From positions 97,960,001 to 98,024,000 of the forward strand of contig NC_043000.1 of assembly GCF_006345805.1 (NCBI RefSeq): DNA of 64,000 nucleotides, read 5' to 3'. The stretch comes from Octopus sinensis. Taxonomy: Eukaryota. Below the pieces are notes generated by a model. That model did not search any database. It was not told the DNA's origin and worked only from the letters and a program-made list of their open reading frames with translations. Positions 63,011-64,000 of this stretch are shown here, piece after piece (the first letter of the stretch is position 1; each line of letters starts with the position of its first letter). The position numbers and the translations under genes are program-made.

Positions 63011-64000
63011 ATCATTTTGTATTAAGCTTTATATTATGTGTCATGTGATAACTTCTCTTCCTCCTCCCTCCTCTCCCCCTCTCTCTGGTATGCTTCCTAA
63101 CCATGTGGTCTCATATTCAGTTCCACTGTACACCTTGGACAAGTCTTCTACTATAACTCCAAAGCCTTTTGAGCAGACTTGTTAGATGAAAACTGAAAGA
63201 AGCCCACCATATATGTACATATATGCATTGGTCTGTGTTTGTGTTTACTCTTGTTTTGATAACATGTGATGAATGTAAATGAGTATCACCATTAGACAAC
63301 CAATATTGTTTGTTTCCGTGAAACATTTTTTCTTCCGTGAAAAATGTTTGTCCAGGGAAATATTACTTTTCTTGGAAGGTTGTAGAAAATCTGCCTCAAC
63401 AAATTCTGTCTGATCCATGCAAACATGGGACATTAAATGATGATGATATACATACCTCATTCCTCACTCACTGATGGTCACTTATGCAAGCAGCCAAACC
63501 TTGAATTAGTCACGCTGCCTATAAGTTTCTTCTAGAGACTGGGTTGCTAAATCATATTAAAACATAACACACTCTAATGTAAGCTTTTGAACCAACTCTG
63601 TGATTTGGTTTATTCTTCTCTCTTTCTCCAACAAGTGTCTGATGCCATACAGTGAAGTCATTAATCTAATGATCATGACTCTCTAAAGAAGACAAAAAAA
63701 CAGCATTAATAAACTGGTCAAGCAGACTGATGGTAAAAGGCATTCCAGTCATAACCATACTTTCCCACCTCCTCCGAGTTATGTTGGGTTATATTTTTTA
63801 ACTCTCTTGCTACAGAAATCAGATATATCCACTAAAATTTCATTACTCTTAACTGCAGGAAACTGTTTTATATACGAATCTATGTTTTGTAGAGGAATGT
63901 CATGTTTAAATCTACTTTTTGTTGGGATATGTCAAGTTGTCAAGTTGGAATATGTCAAGACCACATGACTTGCTAAAAATACCAGTTTTTTTTTTTTTTT

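Noticed and set aside
939-63460. Numerous 60-130 aa ORFs rich in IYIY, CVCV, HTHT, SLSL or NNNN
   Set aside because: Translations of microsatellites and SINE bodies; no coding signal.

Overview
AT-rich, microsatellite-saturated eukaryotic genomic DNA. The repeat repertoire (several tRNA-headed SINE families, RTE tails ending in (GAT)n, abundant (TA)n/(TG)n/(ATT)n) resembles what I recognise from Octopus genomes; this taxon call is inference. The window is mostly intronic or intergenic and dominated by mobile-element debris: dozens of SINE copies, RTE-clade LINE pieces (one young, one old ~3 kb EN+RT copy), a CR1/L2 3' fragment, an L1/Tx1-like ORF1 with a CCHC knuckle, mariner and Tc1 remnants, TTAA-flanked MITEs, a structurally complete small Helitron, and a ~1.2 kb LTR-bounded element carrying only an integrase core. 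Only one host exon is well supported (24424-24581, +), and I cannot name its gene. Nearly all ORFs in the supplied track are microsatellite or repeat read-through. I found no convincing new multi-gene system. The most notable sequence-level signals are: two minimal type I hammerhead-ribozyme motifs of the Penelope-associated kind plus a weaker third, an 83-bp-arm near-perfect palindrome, the integrase-only mini-LTR element, an inverted tRNA-headed SINE pair, and a tail-to-tail SINE pile-up with dsRNA potential. All coordinates, alignments and folds were done by eye; repeat boundaries are approximate.
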